Below are positions 11,512-21,187 of a DNA stretch of 64,000 nt, piece after piece; within the stretch, counting starts at the first letter, position 1, and every line of letters starts with the position of its first letter. The DNA comes from Acidimicrobiaceae bacterium (lineage in GTDB: Bacteria > Actinomycetota > Acidimicrobiia > Acidimicrobiales > Bog-793): NCBI GenBank assembly GCA_027306925.1, contig DAHUXW010000083.1, positions 11,609 to 75,608 on the forward strand. The letters are read 5' to 3'. A program made the position numbers and the translations under genes. Below the pieces are notes generated by a model. That model searched no databases. It was not told the origin of the DNA and saw only the letters and a program-made list of their open reading frames with translations.

Positions 11512-11541
11512 CGCCCGGGCGGCCGCGGCCGGACGGCGCTA
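11509..11541. terminator. Hairpin between convergent genes (possible bidirectional terminator)
   Basis: TAGCGCC (11509-11515) pairs with GGCGCTA (11535-11541) around a GC-rich loop containing GGCCGCGGCC. It lies in the 42-nt gap between the acetyltransferase and MCP stops. There is no U-tract. Confidence 0.35.
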
Positions 11542-11553
11542 CCGCGCCGCCCC

Positions 11554-14004
11554 CTACACCCGGAACCTCCCGACGAGACCCTTGAGCTCAGAGGCCATGC
11601 GGGCGAGATCTCCTGCGGCGCGCTCGCTGTCCGCGGTTCCCGCCGAGGTCGTCTGCGCGACGGTCGCGACGCCGCCGATGCGCTCGGTGATCTGCGCGGC
11701 GCCCGCGGCCGCGCCGGAGACGCTGCGTGCGATCTCGTTCGTCGTGGCGGTTTGCTGTTCGACGGCGGACGCAATCGTCGCCTGGAGGTCGTTGATGTCC
11801 CCGATGATCTCTGAGATCCGCCCGATCGCCTCGACCGCACCTTCGGTGTCGGCCTGGATGGCCTCGATCTTCGCGGAGATGTCCTCGGTCGCGATCGCAG
11901 TCTCGCGCGCGAGGTCCTTCACCTCGTTCGCGACGACCGCGAAGCCCTTGCCGGCTTCGCCCGCGCGCGCGGCCTCGATCGTCGCATTGAGCGCCAGGAG
12001 GTTCGTCTGCTGGGCGATGCCCGTGATGACCTTCACGACCTTGCCGATCTCCTCGGAGGAGGCACCGAGCTTCGCGACGGTCCCGTTCGTCGAGGTCGCG
12101 ACGTCCGCAGCGAGGGTCGCGACGCGCGCGGCCTCGGCAGCGTTCTTCGCAATCTCGCGGATCGACGCGGTGAGCTCTTCGGCCGCGGTCGCGACGCTCT
12201 GCACCGAGGACGAGACGACCTCGGAGGTCTCGGACACCACCCCCGCCTGGGCGGAGGTCTCCTCGGCCCCGGCCGACATCTGCGCCGACGTCGCAGTGAG
12301 CTCCTCGGCCGCCCCCGCGAGGCTCTCGGAGTTCGCGCCGATCGCGCCGAGGCGCGCACGGAGGTCCGCGAGGAATCGCGCGAGGCTCTCGCCGACCTGG
12401 CCGACCGGGTCCGTGCCAGCGACCGGGACCGTGACCGTGAGGTCGCCCGCTCCTGCCGCGTTCACGACCTCGAGGATCTCGTTCACCTTCTCGCGCAGCT
12501 CGGCCTCGGCCGCATGCTCACGGACCCGAGTCGCGAGCCGCTCGAGCGCGACCTGCAGGTTCGTGCGGAGCGCCGCGAAGCTCGCCGCGCGGCGCGAGCC
12601 CGGCCCGACGCGCTCGGCGCACGCGAGCTCGAGGACCGCGAGCACGGCGCCGTCGAGGTGGATCGGCAGCCTCACGAGCGATCCGCCCCGCGGCGTGTCG
12701 TCGAGCGCGATCTCGGCGAGGGACGCGTCCTGGCCGTCGGGCGCGGCGACCCGAGCGGCCTCGAGGTCGCACCGCTCGCGGGCGGTCCGCGCCGCGACCT
12801 CGAGGGCCTCGCTCGGACTCGTGCACGCCGCGACCGCGTCGAGCACGGCGGTGATGCCGTGGGCGTCGCGCGCGGCTGCCGCATCCTCGTCGCCACGCCG
12901 CGCGATCTCGTCTCTGCTCCGCTCCTGCGACGCGATCGCCGCGTCGAGGCCGCGCGCGAGGTCACCGAGCTCGTCGGCGGTGTCGATCCCCGTGCGGGCC
13001 GCGAGGTCGCCCGCGAAGACCCGGTCGAGGGCCGCGCCGATGCGGCCGAGGGGGCGGGTGATCGAGCGGACGACGAGGCGCGTCGCGACCGCCGCGAGCG
13101 CGATGCCGATGAGCGCGAGCACGAGGAGCTCGAGGAGCGCTGCGTTGACGTTCGAGACGACGGATGCCTTCACCGCCGCGGTGAGCACGACGATGCGCGA
13201 GTTCAACGCGTTGAAGTCCGCCTGCGTCGTATTCGAGATCCGAAGATTCGACACGGTCATAACCTTGATCGCGCTCTTCGGCTCCCACGCGGCGACGTCC
13301 GCGAGCACGACGTCCGTGAACCGGTTGTAGGCGGCGAGGTCGGCTTCGGTCCGGCGCACGGTCGCGCGGAACGACGCGGGCAGGGAGAGCTCGCCCGCGA
13401 GCCGGTCGAGCGTCGCGAACGAGGCGCGCGCCTGCGCGTAGCCCTGGCGGACCTGCTCGGAGGTCACCTGCGCGAGGTTGACGTTCGCCGCGGTTCTCGG
13501 CAGCGCGGCGACGGCCGCCGCCATGTTCGACTGGCCGTCGTCGGTGAGCCATCCCTCGTAGGCGTTGCGCTCGGCGAGGAGGGCGTTCGTGACCTCGCTC
13601 GCAGTCACGGCCTTCTGCTTCGAGGAGATGAGGCCCTGGACGGACAGGCCCGTACACGCGGCCCAGACGACACCGAGCACCGCGACGAGCCCGACGAGGC
13701 GCCGCGACACCGAGAGGTCCGACAGGCGCGAGCGCGCCGTACGGGCCCCTGCGCCACCGCCGGCACCGGCACGCGGGGCGCGCGCTTCGTTGCGCGCGCC
13801 CCGCGGCGTGCCGGAGGTGCCCGGGGCGTGGAGGGCACCGTGGGAGGGGGGCTCGAGACCCGGGCGCCGCTGCCCGGTCGTCGCGGCGATCTCGGCGGTG
13901 TCGCTGGACCCGCCGCGCTGTGCGATCACGTCCCGGTCGCGCAGGGCGAACGGGCGCAGCGCCGTGGGGATGCCCTCCCGGTCGCCGATGTTCGGAACTG
14001 GCAT
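11554..14004 (-). CDS. Methyl-accepting chemotaxis protein (two TM segments, periplasmic helical sensor, HAMP, extra cytoplasmic module, MA signalling domain)
   Basis: The C-terminal half carries the highly conserved MCP hairpin tip ([37 protein letters not shown]). HAMP is [21 protein letters not shown]. The TM helices are [15 protein letters not shown] and [16 protein letters not shown]. The start is uncertain because of a long Arg/Gly-rich N-terminus. Confidence 0.85.
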   Translation of the reverse strand: MPVPNIGDREGIPTALRPFALRDRDVIAQRGGSSDTAEIAATTGQRRPGLEPPSHGALHAPGTSGTPRGARNEARAPRAGAGGGAGARTARSRLSDLSVSRRLVGLVAVLGVVWAACTGLSVQGLISSKQKAVTASEVTNALLAERNAYEGWLTDDGQSNMAAAVAALPRTAANVNLAQVTSEQVRQGYAQARASFATLDRLAGELSLPASFRATVRRTEADLAAYNRFTDVVLADVAAWEPKSAIKVMTVSNLRISNTTQADFNALNSRIVVLTAAVKASVVSNVNAALLELLVLALIGIALAAVATRLVVRSITRPLGRIGAALDRVFAGDLAARTGIDTADELGDLARGLDAAIASQERSRDEIARRGDEDAAAARDAHGITAVLDAVAACTSPSEALEVAARTARERCDLEAARVAAPDGQDASLAEIALDDTPRGGSLVRLPIHLDGAVLAVLELACAERVGPGSRRAASFAALRTNLQVALERLATRVREHAAEAELREKVNEILEVVNAAGAGDLTVTVPVAGTDPVGQVGESLARFLADLRARLGAIGANSESLAGAAEELTATSAQMSAGAEETSAQAGVVSETSEVVSSSVQSVATAAEELTASIREIAKNAAEAARVATLAADVATSTNGTVAKLGASSEEIGKVVKVITGIAQQTNLLALNATIEAARAGEAGKGFAVVANEVKDLARETAIATEDISAKIEAIQADTEGAVEAIGRISEIIGDINDLQATIASAVEQQTATTNEIARSVSGAAAGAAQITERIGGVATVAQTTSAGTADSERAAGDLARMASELKGLVGRFRV

Positions 14005-14068
14005 CTCGCTCCCTCGTCTGCGGTGTCGGGCCGGGGCGGCGCTCGCCCGGACGCGCCCGATCGCGGAA

Positions 14069-15196
14069 TTACGGCAGGGGAGCGGGGGGAGTTGACCGAT
14101 CGAGCCCCGGGACGAGCGCGTTCAGCGCGTCGATGAGCTGGCGGAGGCGGCCGTTGTGCACGCGGTCGAAGTCCAGCGCGACGCGTGGGAGCGCGAGGTG
14201 GTCGTCGGTCGCACGCTCGGGTGGGAGCGGGCCGGTGCGCCAGATGCCGCGCCCCGAGCAGATGTCGGCAAACGCCGCCGACAGCATCGTGACCTCCTCC
14301 TCGCTCGGCGCGTGCAGGAGCCGGATGACGAGCGTGGACCCGACGTAGCGCAGCGAGTGGTAGTTGCGGTGGAAGCCGAGCAGCTCGCCGATCGCGGTGT
14401 CGACGTCGGCCGTGATCGTGTAGAGCGCTGCGTCGAGGGGGTCGGCGAGGCCCCTGCCGTAGACCTGCTCGGTGACGAAGCGCTCCCAGGCCTCCCAGTA
14501 CGCGTCCCCAGGTGTGTCGACGAGGACGATCGGCGCGGGCTCGGCCTTTCCCGTCTGGACCAGCGTGAGGAGCTCGAACGCCTCGTCGAGCGTGCCGAAC
14601 CCGCCCGGAAGGACGAGGAAGCCGCTGGACTCCTTCATCAGCATGAGCTTGCGCGTGAAGAAGTACTTCATCTCGACGAGCTTCTCGTTCTCCGCGATCC
14701 AGGGGTTCGCCGCCGCCTCGAACGGCAGCCGGATGTTCACCCCGATCGCCTTTTCGGCACCCGCGCCCTCGTTGCCGGCGGCCATGATGCCCGGGCCGGC
14801 GCCGGTCACGACCATCCAGCCCGCGCTCGCGAGGCGCCTCGCGAGCTCGCGGGTGAGCACGTAGAGGTTGTCGGAGGGCGCGGTGCGAGCCGAGCCGAAG
14901 ATCGTGACCTTCGGCGTCTCCCGGTACGGCGCGAACATCGCGAACGCGTCGGCCATCTCGGCGATCGCCGAGCGCGCGATCTTGAGGTCGAGGCGCGACG
15001 CGCCGTGTCGCGCCAAGTCGAGCGCGCTCGTGATCACGGCGCGATGCAGGTCACGGTTGCGCCTTGCACCCGCGGCGTCGAGCAGCGTCTCGACGAGCGC
15101 GTCGATGTCCGCGGAGTCGCCCGGACCGGCGTCGGTCGGCGTGTCCGGCGCGGCGTCCGGCGCGCGCACCTCGCCTGCCTGCGGGACGTCGCTCAT
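14069..15196 (-). CDS. LOG/TIGR00730-family Rossmann protein with N- and C-terminal extensions (PpnN-like nucleotide 5'-monophosphate nucleosidase candidate)
   Basis: ATG 15196 (MSDVPQAG..) overlaps the pgl stop as ATGA. Motifs are [17 protein letters not shown] and [13 protein letters not shown] (PGGxGTxxE). The LOG core is flanked by about 90 aa on the N side and 120 aa on the C side. Confidence 0.75.
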   Translation of the reverse strand: MSDVPQAGEVRAPDAAPDTPTDAGPGDSADIDALVETLLDAAGARRNRDLHRAVITSALDLARHGASRLDLKIARSAIAEMADAFAMFAPYRETPKVTIFGSARTAPSDNLYVLTRELARRLASAGWMVVTGAGPGIMAAGNEGAGAEKAIGVNIRLPFEAAANPWIAENEKLVEMKYFFTRKLMLMKESSGFLVLPGGFGTLDEAFELLTLVQTGKAEPAPIVLVDTPGDAYWEAWERFVTEQVYGRGLADPLDAALYTITADVDTAIGELLGFHRNYHSLRYVGSTLVIRLLHAPSEEEVTMLSAAFADICSGRGIWRTGPLPPERATDDHLALPRVALDFDRVHNGRLRQLIDALNALVPGLDRSTPPAPLP

Positions 15197-15879
15197 CCGA
15201 GGACGTCGCCGATCGCGGGCCGGTCGCACAGCCACACGATCCGCTGCGCGCGCACGCGGGCCGCAGGCAGGTCGCCGCCGGCCGCGACGCTCGCGAGCGC
15301 GTGCCGCTTCTCTGCGCCGGTGACCGTGAACACCGCGAGACGCGCGCTCGAGATCCCGGCGTAGGTGAGGGTGAGCCGTGGGAGCGCGTTGCGACCGGAA
15401 GGGTCGAAGCTCGTCACGACGAGCCTGTCCGCGGGCGCGTCGAGCGCCTCGGAGCCGGGGAAGAGCGACGCGGTGTGGCCGTCGGGCCCGAAGCCGAGCT
15501 GCACGAGGTCGAGACCGCCCGCGGCGCGCAGCATCCGCTCGTAGGCGGCGGCGCCGTCGGTGCACGACATCGGGTGGAAGCCCGCGAGCTGCCCGACGCG
15601 CGCGCCGAGAGCGGACCTGATCGCGCGCGCGTTCGACTCGGGAGCGTCGGGTGCGACGCACCGCTCGTCGACGAAGTAGCAGACGAGTGACGACCACGCG
15701 ACGTCGTCGCGTGCGGCGAGGGCAGAAGCGCACCGGGCGCCGGACGCCCCGCCGGAGCACGCGAGGCGGAAGGGCGCCCCGTCGCGGCCGCGCGCGCGCA
15801 GGTGCCCGACGATCTCCCCGGCCGCGAGCTCGGCGAAGCTCTCGGCGACGTCGTCGACGACGCGCATCTCGCCGATCAC
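15193..15879 (-). CDS. pgl: 6-phosphogluconolactonase
   Basis: Contains LACSGGAS, YFVDERCV, LVQLGFGPDGHTASLFPGS and TVTGAEKRHAL, the DevB/Pgl signature blocks. Confidence 0.85.
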   Translation of the reverse strand: MIGEMRVVDDVAESFAELAAGEIVGHLRARGRDGAPFRLACSGGASGARCASALAARDDVAWSSLVCYFVDERCVAPDAPESNARAIRSALGARVGQLAGFHPMSCTDGAAAYERMLRAAGGLDLVQLGFGPDGHTASLFPGSEALDAPADRLVVTSFDPSGRNALPRLTLTYAGISSARLAVFTVTGAEKRHALASVAAGGDLPAARVRAQRIVWLCDRPAIGDVLG

Positions 15880-15942
15880 CGCAGGGCTCCGACGACGGCG
15901 TTCACGCGAGGGCGCGTGCGCGGGCTGGTCGCGCGACTCCGG

Positions 15943-17508
15943 TCACGGGTTGCGCCACTGGCGTCCGCCGCCTTCGATGAGGCGGTCGGCCTCGATGGGT
16001 CCCCACCCGCCGGCGCGGTAGTGCGCGAGCGGTGGCTCCCCCTCGAGGAACGCCTGCTGGATCGGCGCCACGATCTCCCACGCCTGGTCGACCTCGTCGC
16101 TGCGGATGAAGAGGGTCGCGTCCCCGGACATCGCGTCGAGCAGGAGGCGCTCGTACGCGTCCGCGGTCCCGCCCGGGAAGGCCTCTGCGTAGGAGAAGTC
16201 CATCGCGACGCTGCGCACCCGGAACGCGGGTCCGGGCACCTTCGCGCCGAAGCTCAGCGCGATGCCCTCGTCGGGCTGGATGCGCAGCGTCAAGGTGTCG
16301 GGACGGAGGTCGCGCGCAAGCTTTCCGGCGAAGGGCAGGTGCGGCGGGCGTTGGAATACCATCGAGACCTCGGTCGCGCGATCCGCCAGCCGCTTGCCCG
16401 TGCGGACGTAGATCGGCACGCCCGCCCAGCGCCAGTTGTCGACGAGGAGGTGCATGGCCACGTACGTCTCGGTCTGGGAGGACGGTGAGACGCCGTCCTC
16501 CTCGCGGTAGCCGGGCACGTCCTCGCCGTGCAGCGTCCCGCGCTGGTACTGCCCGCGCACCACGTTGTTCACGGCTTCGTCCGTGTCGGGGATGAGCACG
16601 GACCGCAGCAGCTTCACCTTCTCGTCGCGGATGCCGTCCGCGTCCATCGACGACGGAGGCTCCATCAAGGTGAGCGAGAGCACTTGCATCACGTGGTTCT
16701 GCACGATGTCGCGCAGCGCGCCGGCGGTCTCGTAGAAGCCGCCGCGGTGCTCGACCCCCAGGCTCTCCGCGACCGTGACCTGGACGTGGTCGACGTAGCG
16801 CCGGTTCCAGATCGGCTCGAAGATCGAGTTCGCGAACCGGAGGGCGAGGACGTTCTGCACCGTCTCCTTGCCCATGTAGTGGTCGATGCGGAAGATCTGG
16901 TCCTCTCGAAACGCCTCGTGGAGACTCGCGTCGAGGTCCTTCGCGCTCGCGAGGTCCGAGCCGAAGGGCTTCTCGACGACGAGACGCGCGAAGTCGCCGC
17001 CGGGTGCCGGGCGGTTGCACCCGTGCTTCGCGAGGGAGCCGGCGACCGCGCCGAACAGCGCGGGGATCGTCGCGAGGTAGTAGACGCGGTTGCCCGCCGT
17101 GCCGCTCTCCGCGTCGAACCCGTCGAGGATCTCCGCGAGGCGGCCGAAGGTCGCGTCGTCGCCGTAGTCGCCGGCGACGTAGCGAAAGCGGTCGACCAGA
17201 CGGTTCCAGGCTCCGTTTGAACTCGGGGGGGCGAGCTTGCGGCACATCTCGCGGAACTCCTCGTCGGTCCAGTCGCTCCGTGCGACGCCGACGAGCGCGA
17301 ACTGGTCGTTGAGCGAGCCGCGCTCGACGAGCTGGGCGAGCGCGGGGAGGATCTTGCGGTGCGCGAGGTCGCCGGAGGCACCGAATATCACGAGCGCGAG
17401 GGGCTCCGGGCGGCGACCCAGGTCGGGGTCGATGTCGTGCACGGTCGCGGTGAACCCGGTGGACGGCGACGTGTCGCCTCCCGAGCCCACGCTCGCGAGA
17501 CCGGCCAT
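15943..17508 (-). CDS. zwf: Glucose-6-phosphate 1-dehydrogenase
   Basis: Contains VIFGASGDLAHRKILPAL, RIDHYMGKE and VRGQY. ATG 17508 lies 1 nt after the pgi stop; the track's longer start at 17544 would overlap pgi. Confidence 0.93.
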   Translation of the reverse strand: MAGLASVGSGGDTSPSTGFTATVHDIDPDLGRRPEPLALVIFGASGDLAHRKILPALAQLVERGSLNDQFALVGVARSDWTDEEFREMCRKLAPPSSNGAWNRLVDRFRYVAGDYGDDATFGRLAEILDGFDAESGTAGNRVYYLATIPALFGAVAGSLAKHGCNRPAPGGDFARLVVEKPFGSDLASAKDLDASLHEAFREDQIFRIDHYMGKETVQNVLALRFANSIFEPIWNRRYVDHVQVTVAESLGVEHRGGFYETAGALRDIVQNHVMQVLSLTLMEPPSSMDADGIRDEKVKLLRSVLIPDTDEAVNNVVRGQYQRGTLHGEDVPGYREEDGVSPSSQTETYVAMHLLVDNWRWAGVPIYVRTGKRLADRATEVSMVFQRPPHLPFAGKLARDLRPDTLTLRIQPDEGIALSFGAKVPGPAFRVRSVAMDFSYAEAFPGGTADAYERLLLDAMSGDATLFIRSDEVDQAWEIVAPIQQAFLEGEPPLAHYRAGGWGPIEADRLIEGGGRQWRNP

Positions 17509-17509
17509 C

Positions 17510-18895
17510 TCAGACGAGCTCGCCCGGGTCGTCGACCGCGACACGCAGCACTCGGCGCTCGTGCGCCTGGAGGCTCTCGTGGTCGCCGATCGCCTGGGCG
17601 GCGATCAGTGTGGCGAAGTCGTAGGGCTTGCCGGGGATCGGCACGGCCGGTGACGGGGATCGACGCACGAGCTGCAGGGCGACGACCGAGGCCGGTCCAC
17701 CCTTGTGGAGCTGCCCGGTCGAGTGGAGAAACCGCGGCCCGTACCCGGCGGTCACCGCCATACCGCCGTGTGCGTCGCGGATCTTGCGCCGAAGCGCCTC
17801 GAGCCGCTGCTCGCTCCCGTACGGCAGGTACGCCTGGATGCTCACGTAGTCCCCGGGCCGCACGTGCTCCTCGAGCCACGCGGGCACCGCGTCCGGCTCG
17901 CCGGACGTGACCGCGGGGAGCGGCAGCTCGTCGAGGACGCGCGCGGTGTTCGCCTTCGACTCGGCGACGTTCGGCTCGTCGAACGGGTCGATGTCGAGCA
18001 CGTGGCCCGCCGCGGCGGTCGCGATCTCGAGCCGGTAGAACTCCGCGCCGAGCTGGTGCGCACTCGCGAGCGAGATCGCGAGCTCGTGGCGGTCGGCTCC
18101 CGGCTCGGGCTCCGTCGTCGGCACGGGAATGCAGCCGCGTCCGAGCTTGCCCGTCGACTCGGCGAGGAGCTGCTCGGCCCACAGGCCGAAATCGCGGTGC
18201 GCGTCCTGCACGCGGATCGTCGTCTTGTCGCGGCCCTCGAGCGCTGCGCTCGCCATGTCGATGCCGATCTCCGCCGCCTCACGGCGATCGACCTCCAGCG
18301 CGCGCCCGCACAGCTCGGCGACGTCGTAGCCGGCGAGCGCGGCGGGCACGAGGCCGAAGTGCGAGAGCACCGAGTAGCGGCCGCCGATGTCCGGGCGGTT
18401 GAGGAAGATGCGGTTCACGCCGAGCTCGTCGCCCTGCGACGCGAGCGGCGTACCCGGGTCCGTGACGATCGCGAACCGCTTCGGGTCACGGCAGCGACCG
18501 AGCGCGTGCGCGAAGAGCACGTTCGGCTCGAGGGTCGTCCCGGACTTCGACGAGACGAGCACGAACGCGTCCTCGATGGGTGCCGCGGCGACCGTCGTCG
18601 GATCGGTCGTGTCGCACACGACGATTCGCCGGCCGGCGGGCGAGCCGAATGCGTCGCGTATGGAAGCGAGGACCGCCGGACCGAGCGAGGACCCGCCCAT
18701 CCCGAGCAGGACGACGACCTCCTGGTCGATGGTCGCCGCCCACCGCTCGAGCTCACGCGCCGCGCGCTCCATCTCCCGCGGCTCGTCGAGCCAGCCGAGC
18801 CGGTTGCCCGACACGTTGCCGTCGGGCCAGAGCGTCGAGTCGCGCGCCGAGATGCGCTCCGCGAGCTCCTCCGCACCCGTCGGGGACGGGCTCAT
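17510..18895 (-). CDS. pgi: Glucose-6-phosphate isomerase (short SIS-domain PGI type)
   Basis: ATG 18895 (MSPSPTGAEELAERI..) overlaps the tal stop as ATGA. Contains LGMGGSSLGPAVL and VSSKSGTTLEP SIS motifs. The 823-aa track ORF is this frame extended through tal out of frame. Confidence 0.8.
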   Translation of the reverse strand: MSPSPTGAEELAERISARDSTLWPDGNVSGNRLGWLDEPREMERAARELERWAATIDQEVVVLLGMGGSSLGPAVLASIRDAFGSPAGRRIVVCDTTDPTTVAAAPIEDAFVLVSSKSGTTLEPNVLFAHALGRCRDPKRFAIVTDPGTPLASQGDELGVNRIFLNRPDIGGRYSVLSHFGLVPAALAGYDVAELCGRALEVDRREAAEIGIDMASAALEGRDKTTIRVQDAHRDFGLWAEQLLAESTGKLGRGCIPVPTTEPEPGADRHELAISLASAHQLGAEFYRLEIATAAAGHVLDIDPFDEPNVAESKANTARVLDELPLPAVTSGEPDAVPAWLEEHVRPGDYVSIQAYLPYGSEQRLEALRRKIRDAHGGMAVTAGYGPRFLHSTGQLHKGGPASVVALQLVRRSPSPAVPIPGKPYDFATLIAAQAIGDHESLQAHERRVLRVAVDDPGELV

Positions 18896-20025
18896 CGGTC
18901 GACGCCGAGGGTCGCGGCCTTCTGGCGCAGCTCGTCGAGGAGCTCCTCGAAGGACTTCGCGAACGACGCGACACCCTCGACTTCGAGGAGCGACGTGACG
19001 TCGTCGAGGTCGACCCCCACCTCGGTGATCCCGGCGATCGCCGCGCGCGCGCCGTCCACGTCGCCGTCCACCGTGCGGGCGACGGCACCGTGGTCCGCGA
19101 ACGCGTCGATCGTCGCCGGCGGCATCGTGTTCACCGTCTCGGGCCCGATGAGCGAGTCGACGTACAGGAGGTCGGGGTAGGAAGGGTTCTTCGTGGAGGT
19201 CGAGGCCCACAGCGGGCGCTGGACGTGCGCGCCGGCGGCGACGAGCGACGCGAGGCCCGGTGCGGAGAAGCGCTCGTGGAACAGCGCGTACGCGAGTCTC
19301 GCCTGCGCGACGGCCGCGGTCCCGCGGAGCTCGAGCGCCCGCTCGGCCCGGGTGGAGCCCGGGTCGGCCGCGGCGATCGCCTCGAGCCTGCGGTCGACCT
19401 CGGTGTCCACCCGGCTCACGAAGAACGAGGCGACCGAGGCCACGCCCGACGGATCGCCTCCGGCGTCGACGAGGCGCTCGAGCCCGCGCTCGTAGGCGTC
19501 GATGACCGCCGCGTAGCGGCCGAGCGAGAAGATCAGCGTCACGTTGACGCTGCGTCCTTCCGCGATCATCTCTTCGATCGCGGGCAGCCCCTCGAGCGTC
19601 GCGGGGATCTTCACGAGCAGGTTCGGCGCGTCGACCCTGCTGGAGAGCGCCCGCGCGGCGGCGATCGTGCCTGCGGTGTCGTGGGCGAGGGTCGGGGACA
19701 CCTCGACGGACACGAAGCCGTCTCCCCCGGAGCTCGAGTCGTAGAGGGGGCGGAAGAGCGCGAGCGCTCCTCCGGCGTCGTGGAGCACGAGGTCCCAGTA
19801 GGCCTCGTCGACCGACTCGCCGCCCGCGACCGCGTCCGCGAACTGCTCGTCGTAGTCGTGGCCCGCCTCGATCGACTTCGCGAGGATCGTGGGGTTCGAC
19901 GTGAGCCCGCGCACGCCGAGCTCGAGGAGCACGTCGAGCCCACCCGGCGCGAGGTACGAGCGCTTCAGGTCGTCGACCCACGGGCTCTGCCCACCCACGT
20001 CGTAGAGGTCGTGCACCTTGGTCAC
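18892..20025 (-). CDS. tal: Transaldolase (long actinobacterial type)
   Basis: Contains GQSPWVDDL, TSNPTI, FVSVEVSP and LVKIPAT (catalytic Lys context). Confidence 0.92.
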   Translation of the reverse strand: MTKVHDLYDVGGQSPWVDDLKRSYLAPGGLDVLLELGVRGLTSNPTILAKSIEAGHDYDEQFADAVAGGESVDEAYWDLVLHDAGGALALFRPLYDSSSGGDGFVSVEVSPTLAHDTAGTIAAARALSSRVDAPNLLVKIPATLEGLPAIEEMIAEGRSVNVTLIFSLGRYAAVIDAYERGLERLVDAGGDPSGVASVASFFVSRVDTEVDRRLEAIAAADPGSTRAERALELRGTAAVAQARLAYALFHERFSAPGLASLVAAGAHVQRPLWASTSTKNPSYPDLLYVDSLIGPETVNTMPPATIDAFADHGAVARTVDGDVDGARAAIAGITEVGVDLDDVTSLLEVEGVASFAKSFEELLDELRQKAATLGVDR

Positions 20026-20319
20026 CAGCCGCTCCTCTCGTGTGCCGCGCGCGATCCCGTCCGCGGCGGGCCCGGCGTCGCGGTGGTCCGCCGCTCGGGC
20101 CCCCAGGCGAGCCTACGGCGCGGGAGCGCAGCTCGGGGCGCTCCCTGCAACGAATCGCGGGCGCTCGGTCCGCCGGTCGTGGCCGCGAGCGAGCGCTGGG
20201 TCACACGGTCAAGATAGCAGCGGGCCTGTGCGCCCCGGGTGGGGCCGGCAGCCGCACGGCGGCGTCGAGACGTTCGTCGACGGCCCGCGGCCTCGCAGCG
20301 CGGAAGGGGCGGAGCCCGT

Positions 20320-20500
20320 GAGCGGCCGGAACACGAAACGGGCGGCGAGGCCCACGATCGTCCAGGTCGCCGCGGACGGCGGGGCGCTGCGCGCGGTGCT
20401 CGGGACCATGGGGGGCCGTGCGCAGCCGCAGATCATGGCCGAGGTGCTGCTCCGCCTCGCGGACGGCGAGCGCTGCGAGCGCGCGGTCGGTCGCAGGCGG
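20320..20500 (+). pseudogene. Remnant of a gamma-glutamyltransferase gene (about 60 codons of the small-subunit region)
   Basis: The frame of ORF 20018..20965 reads RPTIVQVAADGGALRAVLGTMGGRAQPQIMAEVLLRLADGE. This parallels the GGT block PTIV..dG.....lG.pGG..i...v.Q.ll. No remainder of the roughly 550-aa enzyme is present. Confidence 0.3.
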
Positions 20501-20608
20501 TCGCGGGTGGTCGCGGCAGGCGACGGGTGCGCTAGCCTGCCGCGGAGCCGGCGAACGCCCCGCGGGGCACGCCCGATCGTACGTGCGGCGAGGGGGACGA
20601 GGAGGGCG

Positions 20609-20965
20609 ATGCGCGGGCTACGAGGGCGACGGGAGAGCGAGCCCGCCCGCGCGGCCATCGGCGAGACGGTCACGATGCTCCGCCGTTACTTCGTGCAGGA
20701 GACAGTCGGACCGCTCCGCAACGTCGCCCGCGCGCTCGCGTTCGGCGTGGCGGGCTCGCTGCTGCTCGGCGTCGGAGGCGTCGTACTGCTCCTCGCGGTG
20801 CTACGGGTCCTGCAGAGCGAGACGGGGAGCACCTTCGCCGGCACCTGGTCGTTCGCGCCGTACCTCCTGAGCGGGGTCGCGGCGCTCCTTTTCGCCGGAG
20901 GTGCGGCCTTCGTCGGGCTGCGAGGGGCCCGCGGCCCGCGCCGCGGACAAGGAGGCACGTCGTGA
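20609..20965 (+). CDS. Small membrane protein, phage-holin/'Holin-X'-like family
   Basis: ATG 20609 follows GACGAGGAGGG. It has two predicted TM helices (ALAFGVAGSLLLGVGGVVLLLAVL and FAPYLLSGVAALLFAGGAAFVGL). Confidence 0.5.
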   Translation: MRGLRGRRESEPARAAIGETVTMLRRYFVQETVGPLRNVARALAFGVAGSLLLGVGGVVLLLAVLRVLQSETGSTFAGTWSFAPYLLSGVAALLFAGGAAFVGLRGARGPRRGQGGTS

Positions 20966-21183
20966 CACCGATCAGGGGCCCGGGCGAGCGGATCTCGCTC
21001 GACGACATCGAGGGCCAGCTCCGCTCGCTCGGGGGTACGGCCCAATCGGTGGTCGCCGAGTCGCGGACCACCGCGCTCGCGGCGGCCGTCGCCGGCGGGG
21101 CGCTCGCGGTCGCGTCGGTATACTTCCTCGGCCGTCGGCGCGGGCGGCGCCGTTCGACCGTGCTCGAGATCCGTCGGGTCTGA
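20962..21183 (+). CDS. Small single-TM protein (73 aa)
   Basis: GTG 20962 follows AAGGAGG and overlaps the previous stop as GTGA. The TM segment ALAAAVAGGALAVASVYFLG is followed by an RRRGRRR anchor. Confidence 0.45.
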   Translation: MTPIRGPGERISLDDIEGQLRSLGGTAQSVVAESRTTALAAAVAGGALAVASVYFLGRRRGRRRSTVLEIRRV

Positions 21184-21187
21184 CTCC

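Noticed and set aside
17510-19981. 823-aa ORF that looks like a transaldolase/PGI fusion protein
   Set aside because: Its N-terminal 360 aa are the tal region read in a different frame (Arg/Gly/Pro noise). Real tal is 18892..20025 in another frame, and pgi starts at ATG 18895 overlapping the tal stop (ATGA). These are two coupled genes, not a fusion.
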